A stretch of DNA of 64,000 nucleotides from Gammaproteobacteria bacterium. Its GTDB lineage: Bacteria > Pseudomonadota > Gammaproteobacteria > Eutrophobiales > Eutrophobiaceae. The DNA lies in NCBI GenBank assembly GCA_030829955.1, contig JAURNY010000031.1, positions 5,374 through 69,373 on the forward strand. Direction: 5' to 3'. Below, piece after piece: positions 41,591 through 51,403 of this stretch; the stretch's first letter is position 1; each line of letters opens with the position of its first letter. The position numbers were made by a program, and so were the translations under genes. The notes below the pieces were generated by a model. The model did no database searches and was not told where the DNA came from. It worked only from the letters and a program-made list of their open reading frames with translations.

Positions 41591-43513
41591 ATGAAAAATA
41601 TTGCTGATATATTTGCTAGTGATGGCGATCTTTCTGGCGTATTGCAAGGTTTTCAACACCGCCCGGAACAACAGGCAATGGCGGAAACCATCTTTGCTGC
41701 GATCGAGAAAGGTGATGATTTAATCTGCGAAGCCGGCACCGGCACCGGCAAAACAATGGCGTATCTGGTTCCAGCATTACTCAGTGAAAAGAAAACCATC
41801 GTTTCCACCGGCACAAGACATCTACAGGATCAACTCAAACAAAAAGACTTACCGGTTATCCTTGGTTTATTGCCGCAAACCTTTACCACCAGCGTATTAA
41901 AAGGTCGTTCAAACTATTTATGTTTACAGCGCATGCATGCCATTCAGCATGAATCTGCAGAACTCAATCAAACCCAGATTGAGGACTTATATGATGTCGT
42001 TGATTGGTCTAGCCAAACCGAGAAAGGCGATATCAATGAGCTTGGTTTTCTTGAAGACAATTTTTATCTGCGTTCATTGGTCACCTCAACCACTGAAAAC
42101 TGTTTAGGGCAGTCATGTAAGTATTATGAAGATTGTTATGTATTTAAAAACAGAAAAGCAGCAATGGAAGCGGATCTGATAATTACCAATCATCATTTAT
42201 TACTTGCCGATATGGGCTTGCGTGAAACCGGCTTTGGCGAAGTATTACCGATAGCCGACACCATTATCTTTGACGAAGCACACCAATTACCCGAACTCGC
42301 TTCAACCTATTTCAGTAAAGTATTAAGCAGCCGTCAGTTATTGGAACAAATAGACAGTATTCGTACAGCAGATAGAGAAGAAGCAGGTGATGTTGAAGAA
42401 CTTCAATCACGATTAATAGTAGTAGAAAAAAATATACGTGATATTCGTATGTTTTTAGGTCGTCATGATAAACGTATTGCCTGGCAGGTATTGGCGGATA
42501 AAGAAGACTTGTACGATGAAGTAGAAAATTTAATGGATGCTATGCAGGCGATCATTGATGTGCTTGAAACTATGAAAGATCGCGGCAAGATGCTGGAGTC
42601 GTGCTGGCAACGTATTAAGTTGCACTATAACTTTATCGAAAACTATATTGAGAAAGGTGACAAAACCTTAATCCGTTGGCTTGAGATAAGAGGACAACAT
42701 TTTTATTTAAATCAAACGCCCGTCAATATTGCCGAAACCTTTCAACAACAACTACAAACTTATCAGGCGAGTAATATATTTACCTCTGCCAGTCTGGCGA
42801 TTAAGGACAATTTTGATCATTTCAAACACCAACTAGGACTGGAAAAATGTAATACTTCGGTCTGGGATAGTCCGTTTGATTTTAAACAACAGGCAAGACT
42901 CTATCTGCCATTGGATTTACCTGAATACGCACAACCAGAATTCTTTGATGCTTTTATTGAGCGTTCAATTACCCTATTGAAGCAAAGTAAGGGCAGGGCA
43001 TTTATCCTTTTCACCAGCCATGCCGCGCTTCAACGAGCATCAAAAATATTGGAAGAACGGATTAACTATCCATTATTTATTCAAGGCAAGGCATCTCGCT
43101 CTGAAATGCTGAATCAATTTCGTAATGCCGGTAATGCTGTCTTACTGGGTACTAATAGTTTCTGGGAAGGAGTTGATGTGAAAGGTGAAGCATTGTCACT
43201 GGTGATTATCGATAAATTACCTTTTGCCGCACCAGATGATCCGGTATTACAGGCACGACTAAATTATTTGTCAGAGCAGGGTGGTAATCCGTTTATGGAT
43301 TATCAGGTGCCACAGGCAGCGATTATTTTGAAACAGGGAATTGGCAGACTGATTCGTGATGTGAATGATCGAGGTGTATGTGTTATCTGTGATAAACGTA
43401 TTGCGAGAAAGGCTTATGGTAAACGATTACTATCTGCATTACCCCCAATGTCGGTCACAAATGAGCTAAAAGACGTGGAGAACTTTTTCAAACTCATTAA
43501 AAACAAAAGTTAG
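41591..43513 (+). CDS. yoaA: DinG-family ATP-dependent DNA helicase (YoaA-like)
   Basis: EAGTGTGKT, KGRSNYLC, Fe-S Cys cluster, DEAH, SFWEGVDV and KQGIGRLIR motifs. Confidence 0.9.
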   Translation: MKNIADIFASDGDLSGVLQGFQHRPEQQAMAETIFAAIEKGDDLICEAGTGTGKTMAYLVPALLSEKKTIVSTGTRHLQDQLKQKDLPVILGLLPQTFTTSVLKGRSNYLCLQRMHAIQHESAELNQTQIEDLYDVVDWSSQTEKGDINELGFLEDNFYLRSLVTSTTENCLGQSCKYYEDCYVFKNRKAAMEADLIITNHHLLLADMGLRETGFGEVLPIADTIIFDEAHQLPELASTYFSKVLSSRQLLEQIDSIRTADREEAGDVEELQSRLIVVEKNIRDIRMFLGRHDKRIAWQVLADKEDLYDEVENLMDAMQAIIDVLETMKDRGKMLESCWQRIKLHYNFIENYIEKGDKTLIRWLEIRGQHFYLNQTPVNIAETFQQQLQTYQASNIFTSASLAIKDNFDHFKHQLGLEKCNTSVWDSPFDFKQQARLYLPLDLPEYAQPEFFDAFIERSITLLKQSKGRAFILFTSHAALQRASKILEERINYPLFIQGKASRSEMLNQFRNAGNAVLLGTNSFWEGVDVKGEALSLVIIDKLPFAAPDDPVLQARLNYLSEQGGNPFMDYQVPQAAIILKQGIGRLIRDVNDRGVCVICDKRIARKAYGKRLLSALPPMSVTNELKDVENFFKLIKNKS

Positions 43514-43556
43514 AATAGACTTTTAATATATTCTTTATATTACTGATTAATATAGT

Positions 43557-44219
43557 TTAATTTTTTAATATTAATGTAATTCCATCAGCCATGGGTAACA
43601 TGCTCATGGTTATCCGTTCATCTTTGTAGATATGCTCATTAAAAACGCGAATCGCAACCGTTTCTTCATTATGATTTTCAGGATTAGCGACTTCACCATT
43701 CCATAAGACGTTATCAATCGCGATCACACCGCCTGTTCTAATGAGCGGTAATAGTAATTCGTAATAATTGATATATTCCGGTTTGTGCGCATCGACAAAG
43801 GCAAAATCAAACTTCCCCTGTAAGCCATCGCTTGCCAGTTGTTTCAATGTCTCAATCGCTGGGGCAATGCGTAAATCAATCTTGCCGGCAACGCCTGCCT
43901 GTTTCCAGAAAGGTTTGGCAAGATCGGTATATTCCGTGCTCACATCACAGGCAATCAATTTGCCATCATCGGGTAGGGCAGCTGCAACTGCCAAACTGCT
44001 ATAGCCAGTAAAAACACCAATTTCGATGGCATTCTTCACATTCAGCATTTTCACCAATAATTGAAAGAATTGACCCTGCTCTGGTGCAATCTGCATATTT
44101 GCCATGATATGTTTTGCTGTTTCTTCACGACATTGTCGCAAACTATCTGTTTCTTTTAATGAAATTGACAACATGTAGTCATAAACTTCATCTGTCAGAT
44201 TAATGGTCTTGTTGCTCAT
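43557..44219 (-). CDS. class I SAM-dependent O-methyltransferase (caffeoyl-CoA OMT-like)
   Basis: MQIAPEQGQF, IEIGVFTGYS, FDFAFVDA.K and IDNVLW motifs. Confidence 0.9.
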   Translation of the reverse strand: MSNKTINLTDEVYDYMLSISLKETDSLRQCREETAKHIMANMQIAPEQGQFFQLLVKMLNVKNAIEIGVFTGYSSLAVAAALPDDGKLIACDVSTEYTDLAKPFWKQAGVAGKIDLRIAPAIETLKQLASDGLQGKFDFAFVDAHKPEYINYYELLLPLIRTGGVIAIDNVLWNGEVANPENHNEETVAIRVFNEHIYKDERITMSMLPMADGITLILKN

Positions 44220-44248
44220 AATTGAGTCCTTGTTATATTGTTATGACG

Positions 44249-45043
44249 ATGAGGATAATCGAATCAAACACAGCAGAGTTAACCACGCATCATACTGATG
44301 TATTCAAGTTGATCCAGATCACGGATACGCATATTCAAGAAAAAGGCACTGATCTGTTTAATGGATTTGATACCTCAGCCAGCCTGCAACAGGTCATAAA
44401 GGCATTACAGGAAAACGAAACCGATGCAGATTGTTTATTAATCACAGGTGATCTGGTTAACGTACCCACCGAAGCCGCTTATCAAGAGCTTGCAGATATT
44501 CTTGCCAGTGTCAAAAAGCCAGTCTTTTGGTTGCCAGGTAATCATGATAATCCTGAATTAATGGATTATGTGTTAGGCAAGAATAGCTTTGATACCTGCA
44601 AGATTATTCAAGCGAATAACTGGCGAGTGATATTAGTGAATAGTCATTTAATGGGCGAGCATGCTGGAGAAATTACTGAAGAAGAATATCATTTTCTTGA
44701 AACCGCATTAAACGAAAGTAAAGAGTCGAATATATTAATCGCACTTCACCATCACCCTATATCAATTAATAGTCTCTGGATGGATAGCATGATGCTGACC
44801 AATCCTGAAAAGCTATTGGAATTAATCGAACAGCATAAACAGGTTAAAGGTGTAATCTGGGGACATATTCACCAACAGTTTGAAATGGTAATCAATGAAG
44901 TACATTTTTTAGGCTCGCCGTCGACTTGTATTCAGTTTAAGCCGAAAGCAACAGCTTATGAGGCGGATAAGAAGTCGCCTGGATATCAAAGTTTGAATAT
45001 GTTCAATAGCGGCAATATCAAATCAAAAGTCATATATTTGTAA
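44249..45043 (+). CDS. cpdA: 3',5'-cyclic-AMP phosphodiesterase (class III metallophosphoesterase)
   Basis: QITDTH, ITGDL, LPGNHD, LHHHP, WGHIHQ and PSTCIQF motifs; start uncertain. Confidence 0.88.
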   Translation: MRIIESNTAELTTHHTDVFKLIQITDTHIQEKGTDLFNGFDTSASLQQVIKALQENETDADCLLITGDLVNVPTEAAYQELADILASVKKPVFWLPGNHDNPELMDYVLGKNSFDTCKIIQANNWRVILVNSHLMGEHAGEITEEEYHFLETALNESKESNILIALHHHPISINSLWMDSMMLTNPEKLLELIEQHKQVKGVIWGHIHQQFEMVINEVHFLGSPSTCIQFKPKATAYEADKKSPGYQSLNMFNSGNIKSKVIYL

Positions 45044-45098
45044 TATCAACAATCGACCCAAAGCGGACATTTTAATAGATATTAAAAACAGTAAAGTA

Positions 45099-45228
45099 GA
45101 TACTATAATAATTTTTGCGCTCTAATTGTCATTTGTCTTGCTTAATTAAGGAGATCTTTTCGTATGTCTACTGTAAATATATACAAGCACTTATTCGATA
45201 AAGTGTCTTCTGAACACTAGTTAACAAA
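45099..45228. mobile_element. relic integron platform: intI N-terminal remnant (minus strand), mutated LexA box, attI-like site
   Basis: Minus-strand ACG-K-R-S-P-*-L...I-R...K-N-Y-Y-S-I from 45163; TACTGTAAATATATACAA at 45169-45186; recombination-point-like G/TTAACAAA at 45220. Confidence 0.55.
45171..45186. promoter_or_regulatory. degenerate LexA (SOS) box
   Basis: CTGT-AAATATAT-ACAA is one mismatch from CTGT-N8-ACAG, with an AT-alternating spacer and a TA flank. Confidence 0.6.
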
Positions 45229-45259
45229 AACAACCATTTACTTAATTCGGAAACAAATA

Positions 45260-45673
45260 ATGAAATTTCCAATAGAAGGTTCTTGCCAATGCGGGCAAGT
45301 CACCTACAAGTTAAAAGAGCCACCGAAAATAGTATTGGCTTGTCATTGTAAAGAATGCCAAAAGCTTTCGACTAGCCCGTTTAGTGTCACGGCAATCATT
45401 GAATCTAATGCAATTGAATTTTATGGTGAGCTTAATGAGTGGAGTAGGGTAGCGGAGAGCGGTAATGCAAACAATGCTAAATTCTGTCCAGAATGTGGAA
45501 ATCGTATTTACCACTTTAACCCCAATGATAAATCCACAATTAAGTTAAAGCTTAAGCCAATTGACTTGGAGAATGATATTCTTTTCGAACCAACTATACA
45601 TGTTTGGGTGTCGGAAAAACTAAGTTGGTATAAGCTCCCTGATGGAGTTAAAGTCTTTGAAAAACAACCATAG
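45260..45673 (+). CDS. GFA (glutathione-dependent formaldehyde-activating / CENP-V) family protein, probable integron cassette ORF
   Basis: GSCQCG, CHCKECQK and FCPECG zinc motifs; P..HVW...K..W tail. Confidence 0.9.
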   Translation: MKFPIEGSCQCGQVTYKLKEPPKIVLACHCKECQKLSTSPFSVTAIIESNAIEFYGELNEWSRVAESGNANNAKFCPECGNRIYHFNPNDKSTIKLKLKPIDLENDILFEPTIHVWVSEKLSWYKLPDGVKVFEKQP

Positions 45674-45677
45674 AAAA

Positions 45678-45796
45678 TTTGCTAAAAAATCATCCAAGCA
45701 GACCCACAAAGCATAGTTACGTTTTTGTAATTGCTCCGAGATTTTACTGCAAAACCGCTATTCTTTGCTTTATGGGTGATAAACGCAGGGTTAGGA
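45678..45796 (+). mobile_element. degenerate attC site
   Basis: Begins just after the GFA stop with TTTGCTAA(A) (R''), contains an internal inverted repeat ACCCACAAAGCA (45702-45713) / TGCTTTATGGGT (45766-45777), and ends GTTAGG (R') at 45790. Confidence 0.65.
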
Positions 45797-45851
45797 TATT
45801 AAAAAATATGGTTTACTTAGCAAAATGAAGCAATTCAATTTAGTGTTTGCT

Positions 45852-47048
45852 CTAAACAGAAGTTCCTGACGCATAACCTGAAGCCCATGCCCACTGAAAA
45901 TTAAATCCACCTAGATGTCCCGTGACATCTACGACTTCACCTATAAAATATAACCCTTTGTGTTGTTTGCTTTCCATTGTTTTAGATGAGAGTTCATTTG
46001 TATCAACGCCACCTAGTGTGACTTCTGCTGTGCGATAGCCTTCTGTACCTGAGGGTTTTAATTGCCAATGTTGCAATGTGCTCGCTATTTCTTTTAAATC
46101 GTTATTCGATATTTCAGATATTGTTTTTTCTGCAATGTCTTTCCAGAATTGTTCTTCAAGCACATTCACCAATTTCTTTACCATTAATTGGCTTATTAGA
46201 TTTCTAAGCAACATCTTTGGATGTATGTTTTTTCTATCTAATAAGAACTTAAATATGTCTTGTTCTGGAGATAGGTTAATTTCTATTGCTTCTGTAGGTT
46301 GCCAATAGTTGGATATTTGTAATACAGCAGGACCGCTTAAACCACGATGTGTAAACAGCATGTCTTCTGTAAATAATTTATTGTTTGATTGAATAGTGAC
46401 ATGATGCGAAATACCACTAAGTGGTTTGAATTTATCTTTTTGTTTATCGGTAATGGTGAAGGGGACAAGTGCAGCTCTTGTTGGAAGAACATTAAGTCCA
46501 AATTTTTCTGCGACTTTATAACCAAAGCCACTTGCGCCCATTTTGGGGATGGATAATCCACCAGTGGCAATCACCAGGCTCTCTGATTTAAACTTTCCTT
46601 TATTCGTGTTGACTTTATATTCTTGTTCTTTTGTATCGATTTTACTGACTTTATCAACCTGACATTCCGTTAAAATTTTTATGCCAACCTGATCACATTC
46701 GGTTTTCAATAGGGTGAGTATATCTTTAGATGATTCGTTACAGAATAATTGCCCATGTTTTTTCTCGTGGTATTGAACGCCGTGTTTTTCGACTAAATCT
46801 ATAAAGTCCCATTGGGTATAGCGTTTTAATGCAGATTTACAAAAGTGTGGGTTTTGCGACAGGTAATTATCAGGTGAGATATTTAGGTTAGTGAAATTAC
46901 ATCTTCCGCCACCGGACATGAGTATTTTTTTACCGATCTTGTTACTGCCTTCAATAACAAGCACCTTACGGCCACGATTACCGGCAGTGATTGCACAAAA
47001 TAAACCTGCGGCACCACCACCAATGATAATGGCATCATAGTGTGACAA
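45852..47048 (-). CDS. HI0933/YhiN/BaiN-family flavoprotein
   Basis: IIGGGAAG, GKKILMSGGGRCNFTN, AEVTLGGV and GGFNFQWAWASG motifs. Confidence 0.93.
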   Translation of the reverse strand: MSHYDAIIIGGGAAGLFCAITAGNRGRKVLVIEGSNKIGKKILMSGGGRCNFTNLNISPDNYLSQNPHFCKSALKRYTQWDFIDLVEKHGVQYHEKKHGQLFCNESSKDILTLLKTECDQVGIKILTECQVDKVSKIDTKEQEYKVNTNKGKFKSESLVIATGGLSIPKMGASGFGYKVAEKFGLNVLPTRAALVPFTITDKQKDKFKPLSGISHHVTIQSNNKLFTEDMLFTHRGLSGPAVLQISNYWQPTEAIEINLSPEQDIFKFLLDRKNIHPKMLLRNLISQLMVKKLVNVLEEQFWKDIAEKTISEISNNDLKEIASTLQHWQLKPSGTEGYRTAEVTLGGVDTNELSSKTMESKQHKGLYFIGEVVDVTGHLGGFNFQWAWASGYASGTSV

Positions 47049-47050
47049 AA

Positions 47051-47716
47051 CTAACCAACAACTTTATTGCGTAAATAGACAGGTTCGGCATTTGAAGCAT
47101 CATAGATTTCATTGCGATTCAGTTTTGTTTTAGCAATTTGCAGAGTATATTTTGCTAATGGAAAGCATTCGCTACTAAAACCTATTAAATTATCGTTGAA
47201 CTGTTGGCTGAGTTCTTTTTCATAAGTGCCCCAGCCAGTGCCAGCGCCAAACCATTTTTGGTTACTATCTGCTTTTACTTCATTTGGCGATAATACGGCT
47301 TCTTCAGCCAATAATTGCATAATGCCGCCATCATTTAATTGATATTGTCCCCAATAGACTTCGCCCATGCGTGCATCAATCGCTACTGCAATATTGGAAT
47401 ACTCTTCAGTGAACTGTTGTGCTAGAGCAGCCATGCTGGAAACAGGAATAACGGGTAAGTTATGTGCAAATGCCAAACCCTGAACAACACCTATGGCAAT
47501 ACGAACTCCGGTAAAAGCACCGGGACCTTGCCCGAATGCAATTGCATCGAGATTAGATATAGTAATTCCTGCTTCAGTTAGTAATTCATCGACCATGGGT
47601 AATATCAGGCGAGTATGTTGTTGTGGTGCAATCTCAGCACGCGCTGTTATCGAATCATTGATCAATAAAGCAGCAGAGCAGGCTTCAGTAGCGGTTTCAA
47701 TCGCGAGTAGTTTCAT
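47051..47716 (-). CDS. tsaB: tRNA threonylcarbamoyladenosine biosynthesis protein TsaB
   Basis: LAIETATEACSAAL, GPGAFTGVRI, IDARMGEVY and PVYLR motifs. Confidence 0.95.
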   Translation of the reverse strand: MKLLAIETATEACSAALLINDSITARAEIAPQQHTRLILPMVDELLTEAGITISNLDAIAFGQGPGAFTGVRIAIGVVQGLAFAHNLPVIPVSSMAALAQQFTEEYSNIAVAIDARMGEVYWGQYQLNDGGIMQLLAEEAVLSPNEVKADSNQKWFGAGTGWGTYEKELSQQFNDNLIGFSSECFPLAKYTLQIAKTKLNRNEIYDASNAEPVYLRNKVVG

Positions 47717-47728
47717 GTGTCTGAATAC

Positions 47729-47911
47729 TTAAATAGCAAATACACTGTTATTTACACTCTGTTCCAAAGTCCAGATGACAGGGTATTCACGTTTTACTTT
47801 CATTTTATTTTCTTGATGTAATGATTTTGTTGATCCGCCATGAGGACATCCTTTTTTTATTAGAGGATTATTAAACATCGGATTGCGATGCTTTCCTACT
47901 TTTGCAGCCAT
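47729..47911 (-). CDS. small basic hypothetical protein
   Basis: AGGAGA SD upstream; RNP....P...KG..H pattern of small basic gammaproteobacterial proteins. Confidence 0.5.
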   Translation of the reverse strand: MAAKVGKHRNPMFNNPLIKKGCPHGGSTKSLHQENKMKVKREYPVIWTLEQSVNNSVFAI

Positions 47912-48016
47912 TTATAATCTCCTGAGTTAGTTAAAAAGTACGACAGTATATATGATATTTACATATTCGTTGATTTCCGGCTTTATTCTGCAAAACAACA
48001 GCTTATAATGCCCACC

Positions 48017-49261
48017 ATGTTTAATTTTTTTGAAACACAGGTCGGTTTACGTTATGTACGTGCCCGCCGTCGTAATCATTTCATCTCATTTATTTCCATG
48101 ACATCTATGTTAGGTGTTGTATTGGGTGTAATGGCGTTGATTACTGTGCTTTCTGTAATGAATGGTTTTGAAAAAGAGTTAAAAGAACGTATTCTCGGTA
48201 TGGCATCTCATGCCACGGTGATGGCGAGTGATAATTCATTAAATAACTGGCAACCGATTGCAGAAGAAATCTATCATCATCCAGATGTTGAGGGTGTTGC
48301 GCCATTTTTTCATGCAGAAGGGATGCTGGTGAATGATAAATTGGTAAATGGCACGATTATTCGCGGTGTGTTACCAGAAGAAGAGCCTAAAGTCGCTGTT
48401 GTTACCGAGAAGATGATTGTAGGTGATTTTAATGAACTAAAATCTGGCGAATTTAATATTGTTCTGGGTAAAGAACTTGCCAGGACATTGGGTGTTGGGC
48501 TCACCGATAAAGTGACATTGATTGCTCCACAGGCAAATGTTACGCCGGCAGGAATATTACCAAGATTAAAGCGATTTACATTGGTTGGTATCTTTGAAGT
48601 AGGTATGCATGAGTTTGATAGTGGTTTGGCATTAATTCATATGGACGATGCAATGAAACTGTTTAGAAAAACATCGCCTAGTGGCTTACGTTTGAAAACA
48701 GATGATATTTTGGAGGCACCACGTATCAGTCGCGAAATTGTGCAGCAGATCCCCGGAAATTATTGGGTTATTGATTGGACACAACGTCATGCGAATTTTT
48801 TTCGCGCATTAAAGACTGAAAAGACGGTGATGTTTGTAATATTAATGCTTATTGTTGCCGTTGCCGCATTTAATATTATTTCAACATTGGTCATGATGGT
48901 ATCGGACAAACAATCTGATATTGCTGTTTTAAGAACATTGGGTGCTAGTCCTGCAAGTATTCTCAAGATATTTATGATTCAAGGCACAATTATTGGTCTT
49001 GTTGGTATTGGTTTAGGTGTGATTGGTGGAGTCTGGTTGGCGAGCAATGTTGAAACAATCGTGCCAGCGATTGAATCATTTTTTAATATCAAGTTTTTAT
49101 CTCCCGATGTTTATTACATTAGTGATTTACCATCTGATATGCATTGGAATGATGTCATTACTATCAGCATCATTGCCTTTATTCTTTGTTTGTTGGCAAC
49201 GATTTATCCGGCATTACGTGCGGCAAAAACCCATCCCGCGGAGGCATTGCGTTATGAGTGA
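48017..49261 (+). CDS. lipoprotein-releasing ABC transporter permease (single LolC/E-type subunit)
   Basis: [47 protein letters not shown] and PAEALRYE motifs. Confidence 0.93.
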   Translation: MFNFFETQVGLRYVRARRRNHFISFISMTSMLGVVLGVMALITVLSVMNGFEKELKERILGMASHATVMASDNSLNNWQPIAEEIYHHPDVEGVAPFFHAEGMLVNDKLVNGTIIRGVLPEEEPKVAVVTEKMIVGDFNELKSGEFNIVLGKELARTLGVGLTDKVTLIAPQANVTPAGILPRLKRFTLVGIFEVGMHEFDSGLALIHMDDAMKLFRKTSPSGLRLKTDDILEAPRISREIVQQIPGNYWVIDWTQRHANFFRALKTEKTVMFVILMLIVAVAAFNIISTLVMMVSDKQSDIAVLRTLGASPASILKIFMIQGTIIGLVGIGLGVIGGVWLASNVETIVPAIESFFNIKFLSPDVYYISDLPSDMHWNDVITISIIAFILCLLATIYPALRAAKTHPAEALRYE

Positions 49262-49931
49262 TATTGTTCTTGCTTGTCGTGATCTATATAAAAGCTATCA
49301 TGAAGGTGGTTTGAATGCCAATGTCTTGAATGGTGTTGAGCTTGAAGTTAAAACCAAACAAAATATTGCCATCATCGGCGCATCCGGATCGGGTAAAAGT
49401 ACGTTGCTACATGTTTTAGGTGGCCTGGATAAACCGGATAAAGGTGATGTGTTGATAAACGATATGTCATTGAAAGATTTATCTGAAGTGCAGCGTGGTG
49501 ATATACGTAATCGTTATCTTGGTTTTATATATCAGTTTCATCATTTGTTACCTGAATTTACTGCATTGGAAAATGTTGCTATGCCATTACTCATTCGGCG
49601 CGAAAATAAAACAGCATCATTGGAAAAAGCAGAGTATTTATTAACTCAGGTTGGGTTGAGGGAGCGCCTGCAGCATAAGCCAGGTGAATTATCTGGTGGA
49701 GAACGTCAACGAGCTGCGATTGCGCGTGCATTAGTGACTGATCCCGCCTGTATACTTGCTGATGAACCTACTGGCAATTTGGATGAAAAGACAGCCGGTC
49801 ACGTGTTTAATCTTATTCTTGAATTAAACGAACGTTTAAGTACCAGTTTGGTGATGGTGACTCATAATCTAGAATTGGCTAAACGTGTTGATATGACAAT
49901 GGAACTTCGCGAAGGCGCATTACACGTTTAA
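49254..49931 (+). CDS. lolD: lipoprotein-releasing ABC transporter ATP-binding protein
   Basis: [27 protein letters not shown] and ADEPTGNLD motifs; start ATG 49254 overlaps the permease stop. Confidence 0.95.
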   Translation: MSDIVLACRDLYKSYHEGGLNANVLNGVELEVKTKQNIAIIGASGSGKSTLLHVLGGLDKPDKGDVLINDMSLKDLSEVQRGDIRNRYLGFIYQFHHLLPEFTALENVAMPLLIRRENKTASLEKAEYLLTQVGLRERLQHKPGELSGGERQRAAIARALVTDPACILADEPTGNLDEKTAGHVFNLILELNERLSTSLVMVTHNLELAKRVDMTMELREGALHV

Positions 49932-50459
49932 ATCTAGTTTCTTTAATTCTTTCTTTAATTTTTGGCGACTCAACCAGCGATTAATAGCGGTATAGCGCCA
50001 GATAATCCTGATTAATATATAAGTTGTTAGTGAAGCGAGTGAGCCAAAAATTAAGCAGCCAAGTAGTAAAGGTTCCCATATCTCCAAAAACGTCGTACTA
50101 AACCAGTCCCAGGAAACATGAAATTCAACCTGTGAATGCTGTTCCCCTAACAACCATGTACCGGTTTTATGAGCGTAGAAGAATAATGGCGGAATAGTGA
50201 CTGGATTAGTGAAAAAAGAAAAAACTACTGCAATCGACAAATTTACCCTAAGAAGAATGGCAAATATGGCAGAACTAATGGTGTGTACAGGCAATGGAAT
50301 AAATGCACAAAACATCCCGATAGCTGCGCCACCAGCGGCTGAGCGGCGATTTAAGTGCCAGATATTAGGATCATGCAGGAAGTTAGCAAGAAAACTAAGA
50401 CTGCCCTGCTTTTGCAGTTTTTCCTTATTAGGCAGATAGCGTTTTAATGTATTTTTCAA
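49920..50459 (-). CDS. DUF2062 membrane protein
   Basis: [13 protein letters not shown]...AIG.F.AFIP.P and TNPVT.PP motifs; canonical position next to lolD/comEC. Confidence 0.88.
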   Translation of the reverse strand: MKNTLKRYLPNKEKLQKQGSLSFLANFLHDPNIWHLNRRSAAGGAAIGMFCAFIPLPVHTISSAIFAILLRVNLSIAVVFSFFTNPVTIPPLFFYAHKTGTWLLGEQHSQVEFHVSWDWFSTTFLEIWEPLLLGCLIFGSLASLTTYILIRIIWRYTAINRWLSRQKLKKELKKLDLNV

Positions 50460-50520
50460 CGTTAATACTTACGGTCAATTTAAAAAGCGCGGTATTATAA
50501 CGCAGAGATTTAAAAATAGG

Positions 50521-50751
50521 ATGAAAATCATGCTAGTAGGAATGTTTTAAAATCAGTGAGTTACAGGAATCGAATTGGTTTGCTAAATCGGACTATACTA
50601 TTTCAATATAAACAACGTGGTATTCAAAGGCTGATAACTTACTTAATCTGGTGCAATTCTGTTTAATTTTTTAAAAACCGGAATCAAAATAAAGGTAATG
50701 CGATCTGTTCTAAGACGTTTTTGGTATAAAATCGTGACAAATAATGACTAA
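50521..50751 (+). pseudogene. comEC: collapsed comEC/rec2 (DNA uptake channel) remnant
   Basis: SVSYRNRIGLLNRTILFQYKQRGIQRLIT (from 50553), then a frameshift into SGAILFNF...RRFWY (50647-50751). Matches the ComEC C-terminus pattern S.GY.NRFGHP....RY...G.....T...GAI....RR.W at the usual comEC locus. Confidence 0.7.
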
Positions 50752-50768
50752 AAGTGGAGTAAAAAGTA

Positions 50769-51398
50769 GTGCTTGAACTAATCAAGGCGGGTGGCTTATT
50801 AATGTGGCCAATCTTATTATGTTCCGTAATTTCATTAGCAATTATTGCTGAAAGATTCTGGTCACTAAGGGAAAAGAAAATTGCCCCTAAAAATTTGGTT
50901 GCCAAAGTGTGGCAATGGCAAAAAGTTGGCCATCTTGATCAGAAACGTATACAAGCATTAAGCTCCAGTTCTCCTTTAGGGTTGGTGTTATCAGCAGGTC
51001 TGATTAATCGCGCGCATACCCGCGAAATCATGAAAGAAAGTATTGAAGAAACCGGTCGTCATGTTGCTCATGAGTTGGAACGCTTCTTAAATACACTTGG
51101 CACCATTGCTTCTATTTCGCCTTTATTAGGTTTGCTTGGTACCGTTATCGGTATGATTAAAGTCTTTACTGTTATTACCGCACAAGGTGTTGGCGATCCT
51201 AGTGTTTTATCTGAAGGTATTTCAGAAGCTTTGATCACTACAGCAGCAGGCTTGTCAGTAGCTATTCCAAGTTTAATGTTTCACCGTTATTTCAGTGGTC
51301 GTGTTCATGAATTAACCATCACCATGGAGCAAGAAGCATTAAAGATGGTTGAAGTGATGCACGGCCAACGTGAATCCGATCAAATTGGCGAAGTTTAA
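50769..51398 (+). CDS. MotA/TolQ/ExbB proton channel protein
   Basis: GGLLMWPI, PLLGLLGTVIGMI and GISEALITTAAGL motifs. Confidence 0.93.
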   Translation: MLELIKAGGLLMWPILLCSVISLAIIAERFWSLREKKIAPKNLVAKVWQWQKVGHLDQKRIQALSSSSPLGLVLSAGLINRAHTREIMKESIEETGRHVAHELERFLNTLGTIASISPLLGLLGTVIGMIKVFTVITAQGVGDPSVLSEGISEALITTAAGLSVAIPSLMFHRYFSGRVHELTITMEQEALKMVEVMHGQRESDQIGEV

Positions 51399-51403
51399 TC
51401 AGA

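Noticed and set aside
45164..45220. Short ORF MSTVNIYKHLFDKVSSEH* with an AAGGAGA SD ending at the cassette boundary
   Set aside because: The 'SD' is the antisense of the intI-relic Ser-Pro codons and the ORF runs through the SOS box, so it is probably coincidental.
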